NCBI GenBank assembly: GCA_003222675.1
Contig: QHWT01000044.1
Span: 53,548 to 117,547, forward strand
Direction: 5' to 3'
Length of the DNA: 64,000 nucleotides
Source: Acidobacteriota bacterium
Lineage (GTDB): Bacteria; Acidobacteriota; Vicinamibacteria; Vicinamibacterales; 2-12-FULL-66-21
Below, piece after piece: positions 44,957-55,563 of this stretch. A model generated the notes under the pieces. The model ran no database searches. It saw only the letters and a list, made by a program, of their open reading frames with translations, and was not told the DNA's origin. The translations under genes were made by a program, and so were the position numbers. Each line of letters starts with the position of its first letter. Position 1 is the first letter of the stretch.

Positions 44957-47632
44957 TCAGTCCACGCGCAGCGCGGCGACCGGCTCGATCTTCGTCGCGC
45001 GGCGGGCCGGAAAGTAGCTCGCGCCAAGCGCGATGAGCGCGAGACCCGCGACGGCGCCGAACAGCGTCAACGGATCGTGCGGCCGCACGCCGAAGAGGAG
45101 TGACGCCGCGGCGCGCCCGCCCGCCAGCGCGAGCACGATGCCCGCGGCGATCCCGACGACCAGCAGCACGCCCGTCTCGTGGACGATTAACCGCGCGATA
45201 TCGGAGCCGCGCGCGCCGAGCGCCAGGCGGATGCCGATCTCGTTCGTGCGCCGCGCGACCGTGTAAGCCACGAGGCCGTACAGGCCCACGAGCGTGAGGA
45301 TTGCCGCGAGCACGCCGAAGCCGCCCGACAAGGTGGCCAGCAGACGTTCGCGCACCAGCGTGCCCTGAATATCCGCCGTCATGACGCTGTAGGTGACCCC
45401 GATGCGCGAGTCGACGTCAGCGAGCGTCCGCGTAATCGCGGCGGTCAACGGACCGGCGGGCAGGCCCGACCGTACCATCATCTGCATGGACGCGGGCCCG
45501 GTCGATTGCGCATCCGCGAGAAACGCCACAGGCGAGAGATCTTCCCTGAGGTCCATGTACGTCGAGTTCTTCACCACGCCGATGATCTCGAAGGTCTTCT
45601 CCGGGCTCGACGGCGTCGCCTGTCGTGTGAACCTCGCGCCGACAACGGAACGCCCGGGCAGCAGCTTTGCGGCGAACGCCTCGCTGACGATGGCGACGGG
45701 CGTGGACTGCGGCGCGTCGCGCTCGTCGAAATCGCGCCCGCCGACGAGCGGAATCCCGAGCGTCGCGAAGTAGCCGGGGCCCGCGGTGTTGAACCGCGAG
45801 TTGAACTCGCGCGGTCGATCCCCTTCGGGCCACACGTCGTTGCCGATAGCATCGCCGCCGAGCGGTACGATCCTGACGGTCGCGGCCGCCTGTACGCCGG
45901 GCAGCCCGCGCAGGCGTTCCACAAGCCCGCGACGGAACGACGGGCGCTGATCCGCGGGTACATCGAGCCGGCGGAACGTGAGGCCGGCGATCACGATGCC
46001 TCTCGGGTTGAAGCCGGGATCGGCCGTCGTCAGGTTGTGCAACGTGCGGGCGAACAGCAGCGATCCGAACAACAGCACCACCGACAGCGCAATCTGCGCC
46101 ACGACGAGCGCGCGTCGGAGGCCGATCACGTCGCGCCCCGATGTCGTGCTCCGCGTGGTGGCGCGCATGACCGAGCTCGCGCTCACGCGCGTCGCGTTCA
46201 TCGCGGGCGCCAGGCCGAAGAGCGCGCACGTCGTGAAGGCGAGAGCGGCCGTGAATCCGAGCACGCGCCAGTCGAGGCCAAGCGCAAGCGACGTTGCATC
46301 CGATTGCGTGTCGAGCAGCGTGACGAAGAATCCGCTGAGCGTATGTGCCAGCAAAAGGCCGAGCGCGCCGCCAATCACTGCGAGCAAGAGGCTCTCGGTC
46401 AGCAACTGACGAATCACGCGACCGCGTGCGGCGCCAAGACTGAGGCGCACGGCGATCTCGCGCCGGCGCGCCGTCGCGCGCGCGAGCAGCAGGTTGGCGA
46501 GGTTCGCGCAGGCAATCACCAGCACGAGCCCGGCGGTCCCGAGGAGCAGCCACAGCGGCGACTCGTATGTTTCGCGCAGATGCGAGAGTCCCGAGCCGCC
46601 CGCGTAGGCGGCCAGCTTGAAGTTGACGTATTTAGTCACGCTTTCAGCCGGATACGTCGGCGGCAGCGTCGTGTGAAACAGATCGGACGAGATCGCCTGG
46701 AGGTGCGCCGTCGCGCGCTCGACCGACCATCCAGGTTTCAGACGACCGAACACGCTCAGCCACCAGTCCGTGCCGACCGGCAGCCTGCCCTTCCCGTCGT
46801 CGCTGAACACGGGGTCCGCGCACACGGGCAGCGCGACATCGAACGTGCGTCCGACCTCCAGGCCGTGAAATGCGGCGGGCGCGACGCCGACGATCTCTAC
46901 CGGGCGCGAGCTCAGCGCCAGGCTCTGTCCGATGACGGTGGGACTCCCGCCGTAGGCACGCTGCCAGAACGCGTAGCTGAGGACCGCGCGCGGCGCACAC
47001 CCCGGGCGATCGTCGGCGGCGGCCAACACGCGCCCGATCACCGGGCGCACGCCGAGCACGCCGAAGAAATCTCCCGTCACCCACAGGCCCTGCGCGACGC
47101 GCACCTCTCCCCCATTCGTCAGGTTGAACCTGTCGGCTGCCCATGCGAACACGCCGGAGAATGCCTGCTGACGGGCCTGGATCTCCCGCCAGATCGGATA
47201 CGTGACGGCAGCATGCCACGTCTCGAAATTGCCGCGCGCGCCTTCCGTGTCGACGATGCGGACTTCGACGAGCGAGGAGGGATCGGCAACAGGAAGCGAC
47301 TGGAGACGGACGGCGTCGACGACCTGGAAGAGCGCCGCGTTCGCGCCAATGCCGAGCGCCAGTGAGACGACGGCGACGAGCGCAAAGCTGCGGTTCCTGC
47401 GGAAGACGCGAGCGGCGTAGCGCAGATCCTGCGCGAGCGCCTCGAGCCACCGGCCGCCCCAGACATCACGCGTGGCCTCCTGAATCTGCGAGATGTTGCC
47501 CAGCTCGCGGCGCGCATCGGCTGCCGCTTCGTCGGGGCGCATGCCGCGCTCGATGCGGTCGTGGATCGCCATCCGCAGGTGCGACGCGATTTCCTCCCGC
47601 AACTCCTTGTCGCGCCGTCGCGAGGGACTCAT
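44957..47632 (-). CDS. ADOP family duplicated orphan ABC permease
   Basis: 'EEIASHL..A..', 'QDLRYAAR', 'LALGIGAN', 'IACANLANLLLAR...RRREIAVRLSLGA', 'RRTNEIGIRLALGA'. Confidence 0.92.
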   Translation of the reverse strand: MSPSRRRDKELREEIASHLRMAIHDRIERGMRPDEAAADARRELGNISQIQEATRDVWGGRWLEALAQDLRYAARVFRRNRSFALVAVVSLALGIGANAALFQVVDAVRLQSLPVADPSSLVEVRIVDTEGARGNFETWHAAVTYPIWREIQARQQAFSGVFAWAADRFNLTNGGEVRVAQGLWVTGDFFGVLGVRPVIGRVLAAADDRPGCAPRAVLSYAFWQRAYGGSPTVIGQSLALSSRPVEIVGVAPAAFHGLEVGRTFDVALPVCADPVFSDDGKGRLPVGTDWWLSVFGRLKPGWSVERATAHLQAISSDLFHTTLPPTYPAESVTKYVNFKLAAYAGGSGLSHLRETYESPLWLLLGTAGLVLVIACANLANLLLARATARRREIAVRLSLGAARGRVIRQLLTESLLLAVIGGALGLLLAHTLSGFFVTLLDTQSDATSLALGLDWRVLGFTAALAFTTCALFGLAPAMNATRVSASSVMRATTRSTTSGRDVIGLRRALVVAQIALSVVLLFGSLLFARTLHNLTTADPGFNPRGIVIAGLTFRRLDVPADQRPSFRRGLVERLRGLPGVQAAATVRIVPLGGDAIGNDVWPEGDRPREFNSRFNTAGPGYFATLGIPLVGGRDFDERDAPQSTPVAIVSEAFAAKLLPGRSVVGARFTRQATPSSPEKTFEIIGVVKNSTYMDLREDLSPVAFLADAQSTGPASMQMMVRSGLPAGPLTAAITRTLADVDSRIGVTYSVMTADIQGTLVRERLLATLSGGFGVLAAILTLVGLYGLVAYTVARRTNEIGIRLALGARGSDIARLIVHETGVLLVVGIAAGIVLALAGGRAAASLLFGVRPHDPLTLFGAVAGLALIALGASYFPARRATKIEPVAALRVD

Positions 47633-47991
47633 GCTTCGCCCCTCTCGGCTTTCGCGAGCACGCCGGCCATCGCGTCGACGAGCATCTCCCACCGCGAGCG
47701 TTCAGAAGCGAGCTGGCGGCGGCCCGCGGCGGTCAGGCGGTAGACGCGGGTGCGCTGCTTGTTCGCGGACACCTTCCACGTCGCGGCAATCCATTTCTGC
47801 CGCTCGAGCCGATGGAGCGCGGGATAGAGCGACCCCGTATCGACCTGCAGCACGTCGCTCGAGCCCGCGCGGATCGCCTGCGCGATGCCGTAGCCGTGCT
47901 GCGGGCCCCACTGGAGCGTCTGGAGGATGAGGAGATCGAGCGTCCCCTGCAGCAGCTCGATCCGGTTCTGGTACCGCGTCGCCTTCGCCAT
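47629..47991 (-). CDS. PadR family transcriptional regulator (acidobacterial type)
   Basis: 'LLQGTLDLLIL', 'HGYGI', 'GSLYPALHRLE', 'YRLTAAGRRQL'. Confidence 0.92.
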   Translation of the reverse strand: MAKATRYQNRIELLQGTLDLLILQTLQWGPQHGYGIAQAIRAGSSDVLQVDTGSLYPALHRLERQKWIAATWKVSANKQRTRVYRLTAAGRRQLASERSRWEMLVDAMAGVLAKAERGEA

Positions 47992-48033
47992 AGGATGTAG
48001 ACATCCTACATCCGAGGATGGAGGATGTCTACA
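47991..48033. promoter_or_regulatory. Overlapping inverted repeats at the PadR start (putative autoregulatory operator)
   Basis: TGTAGACATCCT (47996-48007) / AGGATGTCTACA (48022-48033) perfect 12-bp IR; TAGGATGT-AG-ACATCCTA at 47991-48008. Confidence 0.7.
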
Positions 48034-48038
48034 CCCAT

Positions 48039-48150
48039 CGGTTCACGGTTCACGGTTCACGGTTCACGGTTCACGGTTCACGGTTCACGGTTCATGGTTC
48101 ATGGTTCATGGTTCATGGTTCATGGTTCACGGTTCACGGTTCAGGGTTCA
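48039..48150. repeat. Heptamer tandem repeat (YGGTTCA) x16
   Basis: 8x CGGTTCA, 5x TGGTTCA, 2x CGGTTCA, 1x GGGTTCA; reverse complement of the 40106-40180 unit. Confidence 0.92.
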
Positions 48151-48349
48151 GGAGGTAACAAGGATGGTTTGAAACCTGTTGCCGTCACGCCGATCGTAAC
48201 CTCTGCGGCAACGCCCGGGTTGCTCGTCGATGCGTGCCGCCGCCCCGCATGCTGTTGTGCTGAAAGCAGGATCCCCGGGTGATGTGGCGGTCGTGAAGAC
48301 ATCAGGCCCACCGCACCGCAGAATTTACGGTAGCTTTTTTCCGCCCCGG

Positions 48350-51280
48350 ATGCAGAATAGCGCCTCAGAGGGCCAGGTGCGAGAGAGGCACGTGCTGCGC
48401 GCCGGAGGATCCGCACTGCTCGGCGGTTTGATTGGCGTTCTCTTGATCGCCGGTCCGGCGTACGCTCAGGCGCCTGCCTCTCCAGGGGCCTTGTCTGAGA
48501 TGACGCTGCCCGGCGGCATCCGCGCCGCGCTGGCGATCTTCGACGATCCCGTCGCGCCCGACCGCAGCCAGTTCCTCCTCGAGATCATCCGCCGAACATA
48601 CCGATCGTCGGTCGCGACGAAGGAGGATCCGCGTGAAGCCGCCCTTCGGCCGCTGCTCGCGCGTCTCGACTCGGCGGCACGCGAGGCAACCGACACGTCG
48701 ACCGACACATTGCCGCTGCCGCTCCCCGCGCCGATCTGGATAGACGCCGTCTTCGACGGCCACGCGACGGCGCGTACGCTGGCTGGGGCGATCCTCGGCT
48801 CGCGCGGCGCGTCGCTCCTCTACTGCGGGCTGCTCTCGCTCGATGACGAGACGCGCGCGTGGTTCGCCGGCAAGCCGCGCCTGATTGCGGACCTCGCGTC
48901 GCGACATGCCGCCGCATTCATGACGGCCGCCCCGGGGCTCCGCATCGCGGACGGCACCATGCGCGTTCCCGGCGGCAAGGATGCGGAACCCGCATGGGCG
49001 GCGCTCGTCGGCCGCAACGCGACGGACCCCGAAGCATTCGTGCGCGCGCTGGTCTCGCAGCGCGACGGGATACTCGCGTATTTTTTCGCCACCGTCGCAC
49101 AGCTCACGCCCGCGGAAATCCGTCGCATGCTCGACCTCGATTCTCCGGACGGCGCTCGCCGCGTCGAGGCGACCCGCCGCATGTACGCGGTGTACGAACG
49201 GCTGGCCCCCGGATGGAAGATCGACGAGCGGACGTTCTGGCGGCCGGCGCTCGATCCGGCCTTGCTCGTCGCGGATCTTCCCGTCGACGATCGGAACGTC
49301 CCGGTCATTGTCGGCACGCGCCGCTTCTGGAGTGTCGTGTTCGCCGATCCGTATCCGGGTCGGCCAAAACCGGGGCGGAACGAGGACGATGAAACGCTCG
49401 GCGATGGCCAGCCTGTCGATCTGGCGTGGATCTCCGAGCAGGTGTTCCAGGGCGATCAAGCGGAGCGCCGGCGCCGCTACGAGATGGTCCTCTTCGCGTC
49501 GCGCATGTGCAAGCCCGCGTCGCCCGACCTTTCACGCCAAGCCATCGATGCGGTGCGCGCCGCCGGGATGTACCCGGCGCTGGTCGCGACACTCGAGCGG
49601 GCCGGGCTCACCGACGTGGCGGTCTACGCGAAGGCGGCGGATCGTGCGGCACGGCTGTCATCTATTAATGACGAGGGACGCGCCGTCCGCGCGCTGACGC
49701 AATTCCAGGGTGCGCTCGCGCTTTCAGCGCGCGCCGCGCTTCGCGGCAACCTCACTGCCGACGCGCTCGCCACGCTCGTCACGTCGCTCTCGACTGTCGA
49801 CACCAGCGAACGCGGAGACTACGAAGGGCGCCTGGTGCGGTGGCTCGAAACGCAGCTGCTCGGTCACCTGACGCCGTCCTCCACGCTTCCACCGGCCGCG
49901 GCCGACGGCGGCGACGCGCAGGAAAGCGCCGCCGGCCCGGTCGAGCGCGACATGCTCCGCCTCATCGCGGGCGCCGGTCCAAGCGCAGATGCGCGGCTGG
50001 TCGAGTGGGAGGGGACGCGATATCGCGTCGACATCGCATCGGCGGAAGCCGTGCGCATGTCGCGCTTAATCGGCGAGAATCCCCGCCCCTATCTTTCGTC
50101 AGCCCGTACGATCGCCGGCATCGCTGACACGATCGCCGAAGCGCGCGTGACGCGTGAGTCGCTGCGGCGCGACGCCGAGACGATGGAGCGCGTGGCGCAG
50201 ACGGTCGCCTGGGACCGGTGCCGCGACGTCGCCGGCGATCTGCAGCGCGCCGCGCGCGACGGCGATGTCGGGGCTGCGCCGCACCTTGTTTCCGCGCTGC
50301 GTCTGCTCGCCGACGATCTGCTCGCGCGTGGACTGAAGGAGCTCACGTATGCGGCCGCGATGGGACAACCCGAGCGCGCGCCGATCTCCGCCGACGCTGC
50401 GGCAAGCCGGCATGACTTCGGCCTGCAATCCCTCGCAACGCGCCACACGGGACCGTGGCGCCTGCCGGTTGCCGGCGGCGACCCCTTGCGCGGATGGCGG
50501 GCGACGGGATCGCTCCTCGGCCTCGACGTGCGCCTCTCGGAGTTCGCCCTCGTGCGACTCTCCACGAAGCCGCCAAAGCGCCGGCCTACATTGAACGACG
50601 AAGATCGACGCGCGTTCGTCGAGACCGTGGCGCTCGTCGACCCCACGTTGCTGACCGACGGCACTCGCGACGCGATTGCAACCGCGATTCGCGCAGGACG
50701 CGCGCGGCTCGCCGCCCTGCGGACGCCGAAGGACGCCGTGGCGCTCGCCGACGAGATCCGACTCAGTCCGATCCGCCGCACGCTGCTCCCGTGGATTGTT
50801 GCGCACGAGTCCGCGCGCGTGGCGATGTTCCTCTCGCCGAGCGAGTTGGTGTGGGTCGGCCTGCACGGCACGCCAATCGCACCGGCGCTCCAGCCCTGGG
50901 GCGCACACGGCGAAGGACGCCTTGGGTGCCTCTGCCTGCGACTCATGGATCGGCGTCCATTCGAGGCGCTAACGGGCCGATGGGGCTCCGGCATCTTCGC
51001 CAGCGGATTCCCCGATCTGAACCTGCGTCTCGCCGAGCTGCTCGCAGACATGCAGATGCCGGCCGCGTTGCTCGGACCGGTGCTCGCGTCGGCGACGCTC
51101 GACTTCATCAACTCCGCGCCCAGCCGCGACGAGGACGATCGCCGCGGCCTCGTGGAGTTCGTGCAGGCGCTCGGTCCCGAACGGCTGGAGCAATATCTTG
51201 CGTTGCTGACGACCGATGGCCCGCTCGTCCCGGTGAGGGAGACCATGGGACGGACGGCACATCCCGGGGTGTCGCGATGA
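48350..51280 (+). CDS. Large secreted hypothetical protein (~980 aa)
   Basis: Long ORF with GC3-biased codons, signal peptide ending 'AYA-QA'; no recognised domain; start uncertain. Confidence 0.75.
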   Translation: MQNSASEGQVRERHVLRAGGSALLGGLIGVLLIAGPAYAQAPASPGALSEMTLPGGIRAALAIFDDPVAPDRSQFLLEIIRRTYRSSVATKEDPREAALRPLLARLDSAAREATDTSTDTLPLPLPAPIWIDAVFDGHATARTLAGAILGSRGASLLYCGLLSLDDETRAWFAGKPRLIADLASRHAAAFMTAAPGLRIADGTMRVPGGKDAEPAWAALVGRNATDPEAFVRALVSQRDGILAYFFATVAQLTPAEIRRMLDLDSPDGARRVEATRRMYAVYERLAPGWKIDERTFWRPALDPALLVADLPVDDRNVPVIVGTRRFWSVVFADPYPGRPKPGRNEDDETLGDGQPVDLAWISEQVFQGDQAERRRRYEMVLFASRMCKPASPDLSRQAIDAVRAAGMYPALVATLERAGLTDVAVYAKAADRAARLSSINDEGRAVRALTQFQGALALSARAALRGNLTADALATLVTSLSTVDTSERGDYEGRLVRWLETQLLGHLTPSSTLPPAAADGGDAQESAAGPVERDMLRLIAGAGPSADARLVEWEGTRYRVDIASAEAVRMSRLIGENPRPYLSSARTIAGIADTIAEARVTRESLRRDAETMERVAQTVAWDRCRDVAGDLQRAARDGDVGAAPHLVSALRLLADDLLARGLKELTYAAAMGQPERAPISADAAASRHDFGLQSLATRHTGPWRLPVAGGDPLRGWRATGSLLGLDVRLSEFALVRLSTKPPKRRPTLNDEDRRAFVETVALVDPTLLTDGTRDAIATAIRAGRARLAALRTPKDAVALADEIRLSPIRRTLLPWIVAHESARVAMFLSPSELVWVGLHGTPIAPALQPWGAHGEGRLGCLCLRLMDRRPFEALTGRWGSGIFASGFPDLNLRLAELLADMQMPAALLGPVLASATLDFINSAPSRDEDDRRGLVEFVQALGPERLEQYLALLTTDGPLVPVRETMGRTAHPGVSR

Positions 51281-51405
51281 TGGAGGTTGTTGAAAATGCC
51301 GCTGTCAATGCCGAATGCTCAATGCCCACTACCGGAAAACCATTGAAACGTCAGCCTTCAGCGTTCGGCCTTGGGCGTTCAGGGGGCGTTTTTCATCCGC
51401 CTGTG

Positions 51406-52551
51406 ATGAGAGCGTGGCTCAACACGTTGACCATGCTGGCCGGTCTGTCGATTGCCGTCAGCGCGCAGGCGCCGCAGCTCGCGATCTCGTCGCCCGAGCG
51501 CGACGCGATCGTCAGCGGCCAGACATGGCTCGAGGCGACGATTACGCCGCAGATCGACGTCGAGTCGGTCAGCTTTTTCGTGGATGGCCGGCTCGCGTGC
51601 ACGATTGAGCGTCCGCCATTCGGCTGCAGCTGGCAGGCGGGCGAAGTGGTGCGCGGCCATCACGTCCGGGTCGTCGCGACGCTCCCGGACGGCCGCCGGC
51701 TCATCGACAACGTGCGCACGAAGGATCTCGGTTTCACCGAGCGCGTCCGCACGGAAGCGGTGCTCGTGCCGGTGATCGTGACCGAGAGCGGCCAGTTCGT
51801 CCGCGGGTTGAAGCGGCAGGATTTCGAGGTGTTCGAGGACGGCGTGGCGCAGCGCGTCGCCAGCATGGTCAGCGAGGATGCGCCGCTCGATCTGGTGCTG
51901 GCCATCGATATCAGCGGCAGCATGGAACGCGCACTGCCGGAAGTGAAGAGTGCCGTCAAGCAGCTCCTCGGCAAACTTCGGCCGGGAGACGCCGCGACGC
52001 TCGTTGGTTTCAACGACACGATGTTCCTGCTCGCCGAGCGCGAGAAGGACCAGCGCGCGCGCGAGGCCGCCGTCGATCTGCTGACCTCATGGGGCGGCAC
52101 CGCGTTGTACGACGCGACGGTGCGCGCGCTCGATCTGGTCGGCCGCGAGTGGGGCCGCAAAGGGGTCGTCATCTTCTCCGACGGCGACGATCGTAACAGC
52201 CTCACGCAGCGCGAGACGGCGATGGCGCGTGTGCAGTCGAGCGACGCGATGCTCTATACGATCGGGTTCGGCGGAGGCGCCACGGTGCCGCAGCTGCGCA
52301 AGAGCCTCGAGAACTACGCGCACTCAACCGGCGGCCGCGCGTTTTTTCCCCGCCAGGCCAGGGAGCTCGATGGCATCTTCGACGACATCGTCGCGGAGCT
52401 GGCCAACCAGTACGTGCTCTCGTATTCGTCGACCAATCTCAAGCAAGACAGCAGCTGGCGCAACATCAAGGTCCAGGTGCGCACCGGCAAATATGACATC
52501 CGGGCCCGGCGAGGCTACCGCGCGAACGGACCGCAGCGCGCGGGGAGGTGA
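51406..52551 (+). CDS. Ig-like plus VWFA-related (acidobacterial) domain protein
   Basis: 'VSFFVDG' Ig-like; 'GLKRQDFEVFEDG', MIDAS 'DISGSM', 'GGTALYDA', 'FSDGDD', 'TGGRAF', 'QYVLSY'. Confidence 0.88.
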   Translation: MRAWLNTLTMLAGLSIAVSAQAPQLAISSPERDAIVSGQTWLEATITPQIDVESVSFFVDGRLACTIERPPFGCSWQAGEVVRGHHVRVVATLPDGRRLIDNVRTKDLGFTERVRTEAVLVPVIVTESGQFVRGLKRQDFEVFEDGVAQRVASMVSEDAPLDLVLAIDISGSMERALPEVKSAVKQLLGKLRPGDAATLVGFNDTMFLLAEREKDQRAREAAVDLLTSWGGTALYDATVRALDLVGREWGRKGVVIFSDGDDRNSLTQRETAMARVQSSDAMLYTIGFGGGATVPQLRKSLENYAHSTGGRAFFPRQARELDGIFDDIVAELANQYVLSYSSTNLKQDSSWRNIKVQVRTGKYDIRARRGYRANGPQRAGR

Positions 52552-52554
52552 GTG

Positions 52555-55500
52555 ATGAAAGCACCGAGCATGGTCACGGCATCGGTCCTGCTGCTCTGCG
52601 GCGGTCCCGTGCTGTCGGCGCAACAGGCCGTCCCCGATCCGCCGCCGCAGTTCCGCAGCGGCGTCGAGGTCGTCAACATCGACGTCAACGTCCTCGACAA
52701 ACAGGGACTTCCGTTGCGCGGTCTCGCGGCCTCGGATTTCACGGTGACGGTCGGCGGACAGCCGCGTCGTGTCGTGACGGCGGAGTACGTCGATGCCTCG
52801 GCGGCGCCGGCAGATCAGCCGAAGCCGCCGGAGGACAGCATCGTGAGCACGAATGAAGGCGGAGGCGGCGGGCGACTGTTCGCGTTCATCGTCGATCAGA
52901 ACACGCTGGAGCCGGGTAACGCACGCCACGTCGCGACGGCCGCGTCACGCTTCTTCACGCGGCTCACCTACGCGGATCGATCCGCGCTGATGTTGTTGCC
53001 GGTCGGTCCCAACGTCCCCTTCACCTGGGCGCATGAGCGCGTGCGCGAAGGATTGCAGCGCGTGACGGGCCTCGCGGGGCCCATGAGCACGTGGGAGTTC
53101 GGCAGCTTGAGCGAGGCGCGCGACATCGCGAACCGCAACCTGCTCACGGTGCGCTCGGTCGGCGAGCGCGAATGCCGTAGCTCGATCTTCGCGGGCGGCG
53201 GCGGTGGCGCGCCGGGCGGCGGAGGCACCGGCGGCGCACCTTCGTCAACTCCGTCGCCGACACCCCCGCCGTCCGGTGGTACAGGCGGTGATTCGGGCAA
53301 CTCCGGGTCCGCGCCCACCGGCGGTTCCAGCGGCAGCGGCAGCGGCGGCGGTGGTGGTGGCGGCGGCGGGCCGGTCCCGGCGCCCCGCGGGTCGGGCGGC
53401 TTCGGCGGCTTTGCGGCCGACGCGTGCTTGCGCGGCATCCAGATGCAGGCCGAGACCGCCTGGCGCGATGCGCAGATGACGTCGCTCTCGAGCATCGCTG
53501 CCCTGCGGCAGATCCTCACCGCGCTCGGACGCGTGCGCGGCGACAAGACGGTGATCCTCATCTCGGGCGGCTGGCCGATGGACGATCGCGAGGAGATGTC
53601 CGTGATTTCCGGGGTTGCCGCTGAAGCCGCGGCCGCGCGCGCGACGGTCTACACGGTCTTCGTGCCCGCGGCGATGTTCTCCGCGGATCGCCGCGGCCTG
53701 AGCTCCACGCCCGCGCGCGATCAATACATGCGATTGGGTCCGCTCGAGACGCTCGCCGGGATGACCGGCGGCGGCACGTTCCGCGCCGACGTGAACGCGG
53801 AGACCACATTCCAGCGGCTGGGCCGCGAGCTCTCCGGCTACTACCGCATCGGCGTCGAGAAGGATCCGCTCGACGGCACCAGCAAGGCGCGCCGCATGAA
53901 AGTGCAGATCTCGCGCAGCGGGACGACGGTGCGGGCGCGCGATATGTTCGACGTGAGGACGTATGAGGATCGCGACTGGGTCGCGCGGCTCGCGTCCGCG
54001 CTCGATTCGCCGATCCTCGCCACCGGCGTGGGCCTCAAGATGACGAGCTACATCGCCTCGGATCCCGAGAATTCCTCACAGCTGAAGCTCGTGCTCACCG
54101 GCGAGGGGTCGCGATTGCAGAACGGCGAAGCCAGCTTCCAGATGCTGGTCCGCAATCTCGATGGCAACAAGATGGTGACGACCGAGCAGCCGCTCGGCGA
54201 CGCCGTCAACGGCGTGCTGCCGTTCTCGACCAACATCAGCGTGCCACCCGGCGTCTACATCGTCCGCTTCGCGGTCATCGACAGTGCCGGACACGTCGGC
54301 GCAGTCGAACGTCGCGTCGAAGCGCGCGAAACCGAGTTCGGTCCGATCTCCGCGACCGGTCCTCTCCTCGTACGCGTGCCGAACCACACGGTTGGCGATC
54401 CGCGTCTCGCACTCGACGGCGTGCGGCAGGACGAACGGCTGGCGCTCGAAGTCGACATCGAAGCGGAGGCCGCGCGAGCCGAGAACGCGGTCGTCAAGTT
54501 CGAGATCGCGTCGAAGGCCGATGGTCCCGCGCTCGTGCACGCCGACGCGGCGGTCTCGGCGGGGCCGCGGACGGGCTCATACCTCGCGCAGGCGGTCGCG
54601 GACATGCGCGTGCTGCCCCCGGGACAGTACGTGGTGCGCGCGAAACTGCGTTCGGGAAACGAACAGCTCGGCGAGATGCGCCGCGCCTTTCTGGTCGTGG
54701 GCGCCCCGCGGACGGCGGCGGAAGTCATCGCCAAATCGGACTCCGGCGTGTCGGTCGCCGTACCCCGATCGCTCGCATCCCGCATCGTCGGTGTGGCGCC
54801 GCCATTCGCGATCGATCAGGTCCTGGCGCCGCCGATGCTCGAGGTGTTTCTGTCTCGCGTTTCAGCACGGCCGGACGCCAGTTCGCCGGTCGTCCGTGAT
54901 CTGCTCGATCGCGCGCGCACCGTCGAGATCAGCGAATTGAAAGTCTCGGATGCGGAGGCGGCGCAGACGCCGATCGCGGCGTTCCTGCAGGGCCTGACGC
55001 TGCTCGCGCAGAACAAGCTCGATCCCGCGGCGAACGCGTTCCGTAGCGCCATGCGCGCATCACCGGATTTCTATCCCGCGATGGTGTATCTCGGCGCCTG
55101 TTACGCGGCCGCCGGCAACGACAAGGAGGCGGCGGGCGCGTGGCGCACGGCGCTCATCAGGGAAGGGGACACCGCTCCGCTTCACCTGCTGCTCGCTGAC
55201 GCCTTCCTGCGGCAAGGGCGCGGCGATCTCGCGCTCGAGTCGCTCCAGGATGCGCGCACCCGCTGGCCGCAGGACATCGCTGTGAAGCAGCGCTTCGTGA
55301 TGGCGGCGCTGGAGGCGGGCAAGTACGCCGACGGACTGCAGGCGGTCGACGAGCTGCTCGACACGCACGTCGAGGACGAGCCGTCGCTGGCGCTCGCGCT
55401 GCTCGTGCTGTACGAATCGATCGTGAACGAGCGGCCGGTGCAGAGCGCCGAGCAGGACCGCGCGCGCATGACGCGTCTCGCCGACGCGTATCGCGCGCGT

Positions 55501-55560
55501 GGCGGGCCGTCGCTCGCGCTCGTGGACACCTGGGTCACGGCGGCGACGCGGAAACGGTGA
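52555..55560 (+). CDS. VWFA-related domain protein with Gly/Ser/Pro-rich insert and C-terminal TPR-like repeats
   Basis: 'QFRSGVEVVNIDVNVLDKQG.P.RGL..SDF', 'KTVILISGG', 'YYRIG'; helical C-terminal 'AANAFRSAMRASPDF..A..YLG'. Confidence 0.82.
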   Translation: MKAPSMVTASVLLLCGGPVLSAQQAVPDPPPQFRSGVEVVNIDVNVLDKQGLPLRGLAASDFTVTVGGQPRRVVTAEYVDASAAPADQPKPPEDSIVSTNEGGGGGRLFAFIVDQNTLEPGNARHVATAASRFFTRLTYADRSALMLLPVGPNVPFTWAHERVREGLQRVTGLAGPMSTWEFGSLSEARDIANRNLLTVRSVGERECRSSIFAGGGGGAPGGGGTGGAPSSTPSPTPPPSGGTGGDSGNSGSAPTGGSSGSGSGGGGGGGGGPVPAPRGSGGFGGFAADACLRGIQMQAETAWRDAQMTSLSSIAALRQILTALGRVRGDKTVILISGGWPMDDREEMSVISGVAAEAAAARATVYTVFVPAAMFSADRRGLSSTPARDQYMRLGPLETLAGMTGGGTFRADVNAETTFQRLGRELSGYYRIGVEKDPLDGTSKARRMKVQISRSGTTVRARDMFDVRTYEDRDWVARLASALDSPILATGVGLKMTSYIASDPENSSQLKLVLTGEGSRLQNGEASFQMLVRNLDGNKMVTTEQPLGDAVNGVLPFSTNISVPPGVYIVRFAVIDSAGHVGAVERRVEARETEFGPISATGPLLVRVPNHTVGDPRLALDGVRQDERLALEVDIEAEAARAENAVVKFEIASKADGPALVHADAAVSAGPRTGSYLAQAVADMRVLPPGQYVVRAKLRSGNEQLGEMRRAFLVVGAPRTAAEVIAKSDSGVSVAVPRSLASRIVGVAPPFAIDQVLAPPMLEVFLSRVSARPDASSPVVRDLLDRARTVEISELKVSDAEAAQTPIAAFLQGLTLLAQNKLDPAANAFRSAMRASPDFYPAMVYLGACYAAAGNDKEAAGAWRTALIREGDTAPLHLLLADAFLRQGRGDLALESLQDARTRWPQDIAVKQRFVMAALEAGKYADGLQAVDELLDTHVEDEPSLALALLVLYESIVNERPVQSAEQDRARMTRLADAYRARGGPSLALVDTWVTAATRKR

Positions 55561-55563
55561 TCG

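Noticed and set aside
45506..47365. 619-aa plus-strand ORF
   Set aside because: Antisense shadow of the ADOP permease.
42600..48150. Integrated mobile element carrying the TA module
   Set aside because: No integrase, transposase, tRNA target or direct-repeat att sites seen.
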